Part shown: piece after piece, positions 9,363-18,305 of the stretch
How positions within the stretch are numbered: the first letter of the stretch is position 1
Layout of the letters: each line of letters starts with the position of its first letter
Origin: Deltaproteobacteria bacterium
Lineage (GTDB): Bacteria > Desulfobacterota > Dissulfuribacteria > Dissulfuribacterales > UBA3076
DNA: 64,000 bases
Assembly: GCA_018399745.1 (NCBI GenBank)
Contig: JAGYNZ010000002.1
Coordinates: forward strand, 13,543 to 77,542
Direction: 5' to 3'
The notes under the pieces: model-generated
What the model was told of the DNA's origin: nothing
The model's database searches: none
What the model saw: the letters and a program-made list of their open reading frames with translations, nothing else
Translations under genes and position numbers: made by a program

Positions 9363-9554
9363 TTATTTTACTTCCGTTGGGCACAAGAAAAGCGGGCCGG
9401 CTTTCTCAGCCGCCCGGGCCAGCTCTAATCCGTTTTTCCCGGCGCGCGCCGCTTCAAAGAAGGCGTTCAGAACAAGCAGGTTTGCCTGCATCGCGCTGTT
9501 TTTTCTCTCACGAATATTCCTGATTATATTCGTATTTTTTCTCTGTTTTTCCAT
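9363..9554 (-). pseudogene. relic of a methyl-accepting chemotaxis protein signalling hairpin (63-codon ORF)
   Basis: NIIRNIRERKNSAMQANLLVLNAFFEAARAGKNG parallels the invariant MCP tip I..I....QTNLLALNAAIEAARAGE.G. There are no flanking MCP domains and no Shine-Dalgarno sequence, and long non-coding stretches lie on both sides. Confidence 0.35.
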
Positions 9555-9878
9555 GTTATTAATAGATTTGCCTGTGTGTTTTTATGAGAATCTGGGTCGC
9601 ATTATGCATCTAAAGTTCTGGATACCGATAAAACAGCAAAAAAAGTGCCAAAAAGGGTTTTTTGTAATTTTGTAACGTGATTTCAATTATATAACCAGTA
9701 ATGATGTCGATTTTTAAATGGCGCTGGTTGCTTATGTGGTGCGCTCATAGTCACTTTTTTGACGATTGGACCGTGCCAAGGCCGGTTTGCGAATATATTA
9801 TGATGCCTCTTTCGGCCTGCATCATTTTCATGATTATGACGCCGCATTGAGCCTAAGAATCGAAAAATTTCAGATTTA

Positions 9879-9908
9879 TTGACCTGCTGATTCCAATCGT
9901 GCTATAAG
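9879..9908 (+). promoter_or_regulatory. candidate sigma-70 promoter upstream of the dodecin gene
   Basis: TTGACC (9879-9884), 18-nt spacer, TATAAG (9903-9908). This would give a 5' leader of about 200 nt. Confidence 0.3.
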
Positions 9909-10115
9909 ATTCATATGTATTATTCAGGTGTGTTGTCAGCAGTTGAATGGCAAAATACATTTCATTAATAGCTAGCCAATGCTGCCAGAAGCGATACACA
10001 GAAGTGGTCGAAAGCGGGGATTCTTTTCTGCAGGTTCGGCGATCACTGACTAACCAATTAACTAGAAGTGGGCACAGCCCTCCATTTAAATCTTCACAGC
10101 TAGGGAGTATTAATC

Positions 10116-10316
10116 ATGTCAGTTGCCAAGGTTATCGAAGTCAGTGCCAGTTCTACAGAGAGCTTCGAAGATGCCGTTCGACAGGGTATTAAACGGGCGG
10201 CGGAGACGGTTAAAAATATACAGAGCGCATGGATCAAGGAGCAGAAGGTCCTGGTGGAAAACGGCAAGGTCGTCGAATTTCGTGTCAATATGAAGATTAC
10301 CTTCATCCTTCATTAG
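10116..10316 (+). CDS. dodecin family flavin-binding protein
   Basis: 66 aa. MSVAKVIEVSASSTESFEDAVRQGIKRAAETVKNIQSAWIKEQKVLVENGKVVEFRVNMKITF is a typical bacterial dodecin sequence. GGGAG lies upstream of the ATG. Confidence 0.85.
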   Translation: MSVAKVIEVSASSTESFEDAVRQGIKRAAETVKNIQSAWIKEQKVLVENGKVVEFRVNMKITFILH

Positions 10317-10490
10317 GCATAATAACTCAGGATCGAGCTTACAAGAGCCTTCAGCAGAATCCCTGTGACAGCTGTCCAGTGAGGTGCAGATGCAGGTCCT
10401 GCGTGCCTGTTGATCTTTGACGCTTCTGTGTCAAAGCCAACCTTATCTTCCTGATTATGCAGATAAATTAAATGGAATTTCTAACCAGGC

Positions 10491-11852
10491 ATGGTTTTTA
10501 TGTCTCAATATCCCAACAGATTCTTTGCCAGAGAAGGAGTGGATCCTCTGAGGTATGCCTTTGATCGCAAGATCGCAGTTCATGCCGGGGCCGGAGGACA
10601 ACCACTTTCCAGGGAAGAGGCGTTGCCCACCTGGCAGACACTTGGTAACAGGCCTGACACTTCATCTCGAAGGGCGGCATATATCAACGTCCCCTTCTGC
10701 CGGAAACAGTGTCTCTATTGCGGTTTCTTCATGCGTACCTTGAGACATGGCGACAGCTCTTGCTACACTGATGCCCTTCTTAAAGAAATGAAGCAGGTCT
10801 CAGGTCTTTCGGCCGTGACCAGCCATCCCATACATGCGGTCTATATGGGAGGCGGGACACCTACGGCTTTGGATGCAGGCGATCTTAAGCGGCTGATAGA
10901 GGCTGTCCGCCGACTGTTTCCCCTGGCTGATGATTGCGAGATCACTGTGGAAGCCAGGGCGGCCGATTTCGAAGAAGAAAAGGTGCGGGCCTGCGTGGCT
11001 GGAGGTGCCAACCGCTTTTCCATCGGGGTCCAGAGCTTTCATACCAAGGTCAGACAGCAGGTGGGGCGAACACTGAACAGAACAGAGGTCTTGGAAATGC
11101 TCACAACCTTGACCGACCTGGTGGATAATTCGGCTATAGTTATTGATCTAATGTACGGACTTCCAGACCAGACTATGACTATCTGGGAAGATGATCTGAG
11201 GACCCTGATAGAAGAGACAAGAATAGACGGTGCTGACCTTTATCAATTAAACGTCTTTAAGGACAGCCTTTTGAGCCGGGCTGTTAATAAGGGTACGCTG
11301 CCTCCGCCTGCCGATATCTCTTGTCAGGCAGAGATGTTTCTGAAGGGCAGAGAGATGATGACGGCAGCTCATTTCAGACGCCTCTCCATGTCCCATTGGG
11401 GGCGCACTTCCAGAGAGCGCAATCTTTACAATACCTTTATTCGCTGTGGGGCCACCTGCATCCCCCTGGGCTGTGGAGCAGGAGGGCGTCTTCACGGCCA
11501 CTATTTCTTTCAGAAGAGGGACTTGAAGTCCTACTACAGAGATATAAACGCAGGGGAAAAACCGTTGGCCGCTGCTATTATTCTGCCGGCCTATTCGCCT
11601 CTTTTTAGAAACCTGGTCGGACAAATGGAAAAGGGTAAAGTGAATCTAACTGCCCTTGGGCAACAGCACGGCTTTGACCTGGAGGTAATCTTTTCCCCAC
11701 TGCTGAAGCAATGGGAGCAGACCGGCCTTATTAAACGTCAGGGGAACGGCCGGATTGAGCTTACGGTGGCAGGTGAATTCTGGAATGTCAACCTGGCCCA
11801 GTTCCTTATTGACTATTTCCAGCACTATCATCAGGAGGATGTGCGGTCATGA
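10491..11852 (+). CDS. HemN-family radical SAM enzyme, ChuW/HutW-like (candidate anaerobic haem-degrading methyltransferase)
   Basis: Radical SAM cluster motif INVPFCRKQCLYCGFF, then YMGGGTPT, FSIGVQSF and IDLMYGLPDQT. The length and the N-terminal extension (DPLRYAFDRKIAVHAGAGG) resemble ChuW/HutW rather than HemN/HemW. The start could be ATG 10500. Confidence 0.6.
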   Translation: MVFMSQYPNRFFAREGVDPLRYAFDRKIAVHAGAGGQPLSREEALPTWQTLGNRPDTSSRRAAYINVPFCRKQCLYCGFFMRTLRHGDSSCYTDALLKEMKQVSGLSAVTSHPIHAVYMGGGTPTALDAGDLKRLIEAVRRLFPLADDCEITVEARAADFEEEKVRACVAGGANRFSIGVQSFHTKVRQQVGRTLNRTEVLEMLTTLTDLVDNSAIVIDLMYGLPDQTMTIWEDDLRTLIEETRIDGADLYQLNVFKDSLLSRAVNKGTLPPPADISCQAEMFLKGREMMTAAHFRRLSMSHWGRTSRERNLYNTFIRCGATCIPLGCGAGGRLHGHYFFQKRDLKSYYRDINAGEKPLAAAIILPAYSPLFRNLVGQMEKGKVNLTALGQQHGFDLEVIFSPLLKQWEQTGLIKRQGNGRIELTVAGEFWNVNLAQFLIDYFQHYHQEDVRS

Positions 11853-12379
11853 AAACTCTAATCGTATGCGCGAGCAAATATGGCTCAACCTTTGAGATCG
11901 GTAAATGGCTGACAGAAAGACTGGGCGGCGACAGCCTTGTGGATAGGGCCGAATCCATGCCCCACCCTGCGGATACAGATCTTGTCATTCTGGGCTCCGG
12001 TATTTACAGACATCATGTATTACCTTCACTGGAGGAATATGTGAACCGCTTTAAGGATGAACTGAAAGGCAAAAAGACCGTAGTTTTTGGAGTCGCTATG
12101 GACACAACAGGTGTCTTTGTTCGAGGAAAGGTCCATGGCGGATGGGACTGTATCTTGCCGCTGATCAGTAGCCTGCCAAAACCACCGATACATGCAGGAC
12201 TCCTTGGCGGAGAGATAAACCCGAATAAGCTGGATGCCAAAGATACGGAAGGACTTAAGCAGTTCTACAAAATGCTTTGCGGCCGAGAGACTCCCATACC
12301 CTATAAGACCCGGATGGACAAGAATGATGTCTGGGCCTTTGCAGAAAAGATATTGGAGCGTCTAGAGAGACCGATTTAA
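11849..12379 (+). CDS. flavodoxin-domain protein
   Basis: MKTLIVCASKYGSTFEIGKWL is the FMN phosphate-binding loop region. The start overlaps the stop of the upstream radical SAM gene (ATGA). Confidence 0.75.
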   Translation: MKTLIVCASKYGSTFEIGKWLTERLGGDSLVDRAESMPHPADTDLVILGSGIYRHHVLPSLEEYVNRFKDELKGKKTVVFGVAMDTTGVFVRGKVHGGWDCILPLISSLPKPPIHAGLLGGEINPNKLDAKDTEGLKQFYKMLCGRETPIPYKTRMDKNDVWAFAEKILERLERPI

Positions 12380-12454
12380 TGAAATATAAGGTGGTTCTGA
12401 TCAATCTTCATTGTTTTGCCTGAAAGATTCTCCTTGTTCACTTACAACATATCC

Positions 12455-13564
12455 TTATGTCGTGCGATGCCGAAAAAACCAAGCGGCGGTCAGCATTGTT
12501 ATGCTGCCGATAAGCGCCATGGGCCAATATTGATCTAAAAGCACTGTAACTGGAGCCTCTTCCAGAAAGACACCTCTGATAACCACCATGAAGTAGCGTA
12601 GCGGATTGAACAGAGTCAACTTCTGGACCAATACAGGCATATTGGCAATAGGGGTGGTGAACCCGGAGAGAATGACCGAGGGTACCAAGAATATAAAGGC
12701 TCCCATCAGACCCTGCTGCTGGGTGAGTGCCAGGGACGAGATCATAAGGCCGACTCCGATGGCGGAAAGCAGGAACAAAACCAGCCCTATATAGAGTGCC
12801 AGGAGATTTCCCCGCAAAGGTATGTCAAACCAGAACATGGCAATTAAAATAATAAGTGTTGCTTCAACGATGCCGATGATAAAACCAGGAAGTGCCTTTC
12901 CAAGGAGAAGCTCGAACGGCCGCAGCGGTGTTACCAGCAGCTGATCAAAGGTCCCCTGCTCGCGTTCCCGGGCTACCGATAAGGCAGTTACCAGCATGGT
13001 CACTACCAGGGTCAGAAGGCCTACAATGCCTGGTACGATAAACCAGCGACTTTCCAGGTTCTCATTATACCAGGATCGAATATAGAGATTTGCCGGCGGG
13101 GTGGGCCAGTTGTGGCGGGCCATCCAATCCATATTGAAATCGGTTAAAATAGTCCGCACATAATTGAGCACTATGAGTGCGGTATTAGAATTGCGCCCGT
13201 CTATAATAACCTGCAGGTCAGTTCCTCTACCTGTGAGAAGATCGCGAGAAAATTGCGGACCGATGCGAATTATCAGCAATACATTTTTATTGTCGATAAG
13301 GGGTGCAATATGCTCGTCCCGTGTTATGTGACTGACCAGATGAAACGTCGGAGAGCAGCTAAAACGGGAGATCAGATCTCTGGAGGCATGGCTGCGGTCT
13401 TCGTCGTATACCGCGAAACGGACTCGCTCGAGATCGTAAGTAGCGGCGTAACCAAAAATGAGGAGCTGCAAGATGGGAGGAATGATTATGGTGAGGCGAC
13501 TTTTCTTGTCCTTCATCAGGGCAAGAAATTCTTTTTTTATTAATGCGATAACTCGTCGCCACAT
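12455..13564 (-). CDS. ABC-2 type transporter permease (YbhR-like)
   Basis: 369 aa. One N-terminal TM segment, a large periplasmic loop and a C-terminal cluster of 5 TM segments. Last gene of the HlyD-ABC operon. Confidence 0.8.
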   Translation of the reverse strand: MWRRVIALIKKEFLALMKDKKSRLTIIIPPILQLLIFGYAATYDLERVRFAVYDEDRSHASRDLISRFSCSPTFHLVSHITRDEHIAPLIDNKNVLLIIRIGPQFSRDLLTGRGTDLQVIIDGRNSNTALIVLNYVRTILTDFNMDWMARHNWPTPPANLYIRSWYNENLESRWFIVPGIVGLLTLVVTMLVTALSVAREREQGTFDQLLVTPLRPFELLLGKALPGFIIGIVEATLIILIAMFWFDIPLRGNLLALYIGLVLFLLSAIGVGLMISSLALTQQQGLMGAFIFLVPSVILSGFTTPIANMPVLVQKLTLFNPLRYFMVVIRGVFLEEAPVTVLLDQYWPMALIGSITMLTAAWFFRHRTT

Positions 13565-13690
13565 TGGTTATCTTTCACCTTGAGACCGTGTGTATGCTCT
13601 AACCATGCTAAGTATGTCAGCATGACTCTTACATCATATCTGAGCTTGGAGTATAGTATTTAAATTGTTTCATGTTATATTGTTGCTTTG

Positions 13691-14857
13691 CTAATCCAGT
13701 CGTTTATATGATTTGAACCTGCTTAATCCGAGAAAAATGATCGCCAGAACCAGCAGGGCAAAGGCATTGGGAATAATGACCGACCACACGTTCCCGGCCA
13801 GAAATACCGTCTGTAGTATCATAATAAAGTAACGGGCGGCAATGATATGGGTTATAGCCTGGACCAGGGCCGGCATACTTTCAATGTCGAAAATAAATCC
13901 GGATAACAGGAATGCCGGAAGGAAAGTGACAATAATAGCAGCTTGCCCGGCAATGAATTGATTGCGGGCAATGGTGGAAATAAACAGTCCCATTCCTAGA
14001 GCAGTTAACAGAAACAGGGCTGAAGTACTTACCAGAATCCAGAACGAGCCCCGCAACGGTACATCGAAAAGCCAGACCGTTAATGCTACGGTCAGCAGCA
14101 TACCCCCCATTCCCAGAACAAAATAAGGAATGATTTTCCCCAGGAGTATTTCACGTATAGCTACTGGTGTAGACATAAGGGCCTCCATAGTTCCCCGTTC
14201 CCATTCACGGGAGACTATCATGGCGGTGAGCAAGGCACCGATTAACGTCATAATGACTGCCACCAGACCAGGGACTAAAAAATTCTGGCTGCGTACCTGA
14301 CTGTTGAACCAGATACGGTGTTGCAGATTCACGGGCATCGAGGCCCGGCTTCCCTGTTCTCGGGCCAGTTCTTCGATCCAGGTTGCCCATATGCCCTGGA
14401 CATATCCTGAAACTAGTCGTGCGGTATTTGAGTCTACGCCATTAAGGATGACTTGAATAGGGGCCGGTTCATATCCGGTTTTCAGTATACGGCTGAAATC
14501 GGATTTGAGGTAGATAATGCCGTCTACTTTATGATTGATGAGTGCCTGCTTCGCTTCCTGCAGGCTGGTGATAAAAACCGGCTCGAAGTATCTGGAGGTA
14601 GAAAATTTGGCGGTAAGAGATGCGGTATGTACGCTCGAATGTTCTACCACCACAGCCACCGGGACATGTTCAGCATCAAGGGATACGCCGTAGCCGAACA
14701 GGAGCAGAAGTAGAACCGGCATAAGGAACGCTATGGCTATACTGCTTGGATCCCTCATGATCTGAAGGAATTCCTTACGCACTATCCCCCTCAGACGCAT
14801 GGCCGTAGCGCCGGATCCGGACTGATTGAGGTTTTTACCTTGCTCTTTATTATTCAT
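13691..14857 (-). CDS. ABC-2 type transporter permease (YbhS-like)
   Basis: 388 aa with the same architecture as the downstream paralogue (LRGIVRKEFLQIMRDPSSI...). Confidence 0.8.
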   Translation of the reverse strand: MNNKEQGKNLNQSGSGATAMRLRGIVRKEFLQIMRDPSSIAIAFLMPVLLLLLFGYGVSLDAEHVPVAVVVEHSSVHTASLTAKFSTSRYFEPVFITSLQEAKQALINHKVDGIIYLKSDFSRILKTGYEPAPIQVILNGVDSNTARLVSGYVQGIWATWIEELAREQGSRASMPVNLQHRIWFNSQVRSQNFLVPGLVAVIMTLIGALLTAMIVSREWERGTMEALMSTPVAIREILLGKIIPYFVLGMGGMLLTVALTVWLFDVPLRGSFWILVSTSALFLLTALGMGLFISTIARNQFIAGQAAIIVTFLPAFLLSGFIFDIESMPALVQAITHIIAARYFIMILQTVFLAGNVWSVIIPNAFALLVLAIIFLGLSRFKSYKRLD

Positions 14858-14975
14858 TGCAAACAGTTTAATATTGTCTTTACTTAACAGTCTGTTGCCG
14901 GTTGGTTGTTCCGTTCGTGTTTTTTCTTAAGCGAATGCGATACCTGGGCAGGGCTTGTATCAAGCTGAATGCCTC

Positions 14976-16730
14976 TTAATTCTTCGATTGTTCACGGATC
15001 AAGGTGACAAATGCCTCTTCCATGCTTACAATCGGTTCGCGGGCAATTGTTCCGGCCTGGGTGCGTATTTCCAGCGGTGTGCCGATGGCCGGAATCTCGC
15101 CGTCCACCATAATGGCCAATCGGTCGCAGTACTCAGCTTCTTCCAAAAAGTGGGTGGTTACCAATACGGTGACTCCGCTGTTAGACAAGGCATTGATATG
15201 CTTCCAGAACTCCCTGCGGGCTAGGGGGTCGACGCCGGATGTGGGCTCATCCAAAAAAAGTATGTCAGGTTCGTGCATGAGCGCGCAGGACAAAGCCAGA
15301 CGCTGCTTATAACCTAATGGAAGCTCTCCGCTCGAGGCATCCTTCACCGGCGCCAGTTCAAGCTGATCCAAAGCCCACTGGATGCGTTCTTCGCGTCGGC
15401 GACCGGTCAAATCATAGACACTGCTGAAAAAGCGCAAATTTTGCATCACGCTGAGGCTGCCATAGAGTGAAAACTTCTGGGACATATAGCCGACACGGGC
15501 TCGTGCTTCAGCAGCGGCTGTACGCAGATCCACTCCGGACACGCTGAGACTGCCTTCACTCACCGGCAGCATACCGCACAACATGCGAAAAGTGGTGGTT
15601 TTACCGGCACCGTTGGCTCCCAGCAGACCAAAAACTTCACCGCGAAAGACTTGGAAGGATACATCTTTAACTGCGTAAAAATCGCCAAAGCGCCGCTTGA
15701 TATGGTCGACGGCAATAACTATCCCGTCTTTTGTTTCTTTGACGGCAGTATCGAACTCGACCCCTTGGGCATCCAGTCCGCCTTTTTCCGCGTCCAGCAT
15801 GGCTATATAGCCGTCTTCAAAACGCGGCGAGACTGAATCGATCTGAATTCCGTGTATATCATAAATTTTTTTCACTTTTTTGGGCTCATAGCCTTCTCGC
15901 ATTACCAAACGGACCAAATCTCCCTGAATCACCGCATCCAGCACTCCTTCAGCACTCTGTAACTCTTGCTGCAGCCTTCGCTTATTGAGATCAGACGTAA
16001 TTTCAAAGATTCTGTGCTGCAGGCCCCGGGTGAAGGAATCAGGCGGCCCTTGATCCAATATCCTTCCTTCATTAAGGAGAATAATATTGTCGCAGCGTTC
16101 TGCTTCATCCAGATAGGCGGTGCTAAGAAGCACGGTCGTGTGTTTTTCTTCCACCAGTCGACTGACAATAGACCATAATTCCCGTCGCGATACAGGGTCA
16201 ACACCTACTGTCGGCTCATCCAAAAGTAAAAGCTTCGGTGAGCTTAACAGCGTGCAGGCCAGACCGAGCTTCTGTTTCATGCCACCTGATAACCGTCCCG
16301 CCAGCCGAGAGGTGAAATTTTGCAAATTCGTCATCTTCATAAGCTCATGATAACGCTCGGGCCTTTCATCTGAAGCCACGCCCTGCAGATCTGCGTACAA
16401 ATCCAGGTTTTCGCTCACAGTAAGATCTTCGTAGAGGCCAAAGCGCTGGGGCATGTATCCCGTGACTGTTTGCACGTAAGAGGGAGCAGATGCGATCGGT
16501 GTATCGAAAAGAGTAATATCACCCTGTTCAGGACGCAAAAGGCCCAGCGCTACACGAATCAATGTTGTTTTGCCGGCTCCGTCAGGACCTACCAGGCTGG
16601 AAATGCTACCCAGGCGAATGTTGAAAGTAACATTTACCAGGGCAGGAATGGTACGCTTGCCTTCAACAAAGGTTTTGCATACAGCATTAAATGATAGGGC
16701 TGATTTCTGAAACGCAGCCGTCTCATTCAC
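14976..16730 (-). CDS. ABC transporter ATP-binding protein with two fused ATPase domains (YbhF-like)
   Basis: Two Walker A motifs (GPDGAGKTT, GANGAGKTT), two ABC signatures (LSGGMKQK, LPLGYKQR) and two Walker B motifs (LLLDEPT, LFLDEPT). Confidence 0.9.
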   Translation of the reverse strand: MNETAAFQKSALSFNAVCKTFVEGKRTIPALVNVTFNIRLGSISSLVGPDGAGKTTLIRVALGLLRPEQGDITLFDTPIASAPSYVQTVTGYMPQRFGLYEDLTVSENLDLYADLQGVASDERPERYHELMKMTNLQNFTSRLAGRLSGGMKQKLGLACTLLSSPKLLLLDEPTVGVDPVSRRELWSIVSRLVEEKHTTVLLSTAYLDEAERCDNIILLNEGRILDQGPPDSFTRGLQHRIFEITSDLNKRRLQQELQSAEGVLDAVIQGDLVRLVMREGYEPKKVKKIYDIHGIQIDSVSPRFEDGYIAMLDAEKGGLDAQGVEFDTAVKETKDGIVIAVDHIKRRFGDFYAVKDVSFQVFRGEVFGLLGANGAGKTTTFRMLCGMLPVSEGSLSVSGVDLRTAAAEARARVGYMSQKFSLYGSLSVMQNLRFFSSVYDLTGRRREERIQWALDQLELAPVKDASSGELPLGYKQRLALSCALMHEPDILFLDEPTSGVDPLARREFWKHINALSNSGVTVLVTTHFLEEAEYCDRLAIMVDGEIPAIGTPLEIRTQAGTIAREPIVSMEEAFVTLIREQSKN

Positions 16731-17784
16731 CGTTCGATCTTTTCCCGCACGAAGGTATAGTTTGTTTTTCTTTGTTGCTTCCGGATTGGTGAGGCCGAAT
16801 CATAACAGTTGCAGGCATTCCCAGGCGAAGCTCATTTTCAGGATTACAGACAAAGACATGCACTTGATATACAAGACTGGTACGAATTTCCGGACTTTGC
16901 ACGGTCTTGGGCGTGAATTCAGCTGTAGGGGAGATGAATCCAACCCATGCGTCGTAGGACTTTTCAGGATAGCTGTCGGTCTTCACCGATGCCTGCAAGC
17001 CAGGGAATAAGATTCCCAGATCGGCTTCTGACACATAGGTACGGATCCAGATCGGATCAGTCAGGGCCAGCGTAAAAACAGGTTGCTGCGGAGAAGCCAT
17101 ATCCCCCGGTTGAAGGATCCGGTTTTGAATCACCCCCCCAACAGGGGCGTAAAGCCGGGCATCCAGGAGATTTTGATGGGCAATGTCTCGAGCTGCTTGT
17201 AATGCCTTGAGCTCTGATTGCGCAGACGCTATATCTTCCTTTCGAAATCCGTCCAAGACAAGATTAAGGGTCTCTTGGGCTACTTGGAGAGCAGCTTGAG
17301 CAGCCTCTGAATTAGCCTCCGCATTATCCACCTGTTCCTGCGATACCAGATAATCCGTTGCGATGGCCTGCAACCGCTTGTATGTCCGCTGGGCATCGTG
17401 GGCACGGATACGGGCGGCTTCTACCTCTGCACGGGCTCGATCGATCTCTTCCTTGCGCGATCCAGCCACCATTTTTGCCACCATGTCGGCCTGGGCGGCA
17501 ACTCGGGCCTCGCTCTGAGTTAAGACAAGTTGAAATAACGTATTATCCAGGGTTGCCAAAAGCTGCCCCTTGCTGACCGTTTCACCTTCCTCGACCTTAA
17601 TTTCCGCAATGCGGTCACTCACTTTAAAGGCAAGGTTTACCTGTCGCATATCGACATTACCGTATAGTACCATCTCTGCCCTGGCTTCATCGTGCGTAAT
17701 ATGAGCAAAATAATACCAGATAACGCCGACCGTACCTGCCACTGATAGAATCAGAATTACAATAACGACTTTTTTCATTCGCAC
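16723..17784 (-). CDS. HlyD-family membrane fusion protein (YbhG-like)
   Basis: N-terminal TM anchor, coiled-coil central part, and YAPVGGVI...GDMA lipoyl/beta-barrel motifs. Overlaps the ATPase gene by 8 nt. Confidence 0.85.
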   Translation of the reverse strand: MRMKKVVIVILILSVAGTVGVIWYYFAHITHDEARAEMVLYGNVDMRQVNLAFKVSDRIAEIKVEEGETVSKGQLLATLDNTLFQLVLTQSEARVAAQADMVAKMVAGSRKEEIDRARAEVEAARIRAHDAQRTYKRLQAIATDYLVSQEQVDNAEANSEAAQAALQVAQETLNLVLDGFRKEDIASAQSELKALQAARDIAHQNLLDARLYAPVGGVIQNRILQPGDMASPQQPVFTLALTDPIWIRTYVSEADLGILFPGLQASVKTDSYPEKSYDAWVGFISPTAEFTPKTVQSPEIRTSLVYQVHVFVCNPENELRLGMPATVMIRPHQSGSNKEKQTIPSCGKRSNGE

Positions 17785-18305
17785 TCCGAAGTCGGCCTAT
17801 TTAAACCAAAGAGTCCATTAGCATTATGGTCAGCGTTTTTCTGAAATAAAAGCGAATTCTGGCTTATGAGTGCAGAACATGTGATCTTTGGCATGAATTT
17901 CAGAAATTTGCAAATTCACACGGATAATCGATCAGACCTGAACAGATGTGCACGTATATTTGAAAATGGTTAAAAATCAGCACTTCGCAAGTACTATTAA
18001 GCCGTTGTTTTGGAATATCTATCAGTCAAATGTTGAAAAAATCTGTATTATCCTTTTTATTTCAGAAAAAATTTGTCTCTTCTATTCCATTTTTTATCAA
18101 ATGATGAAGTCGTAAGGGTTGTAATCAGGCTTGTCTGGATATGAACTACCTTAAGCCCGATTATTTTCTCTGTCAATTTCATGCGCAGACAATGCCAGCT
18201 AATCTCTTTTCCGGGATCAATATACAGAATTCGCACTTGTGCACATTTGTATGAGAGTTTTACACTGCCGTCTATCCTGGAATATATGGAAAATTTTTTA
18301 GGTTT

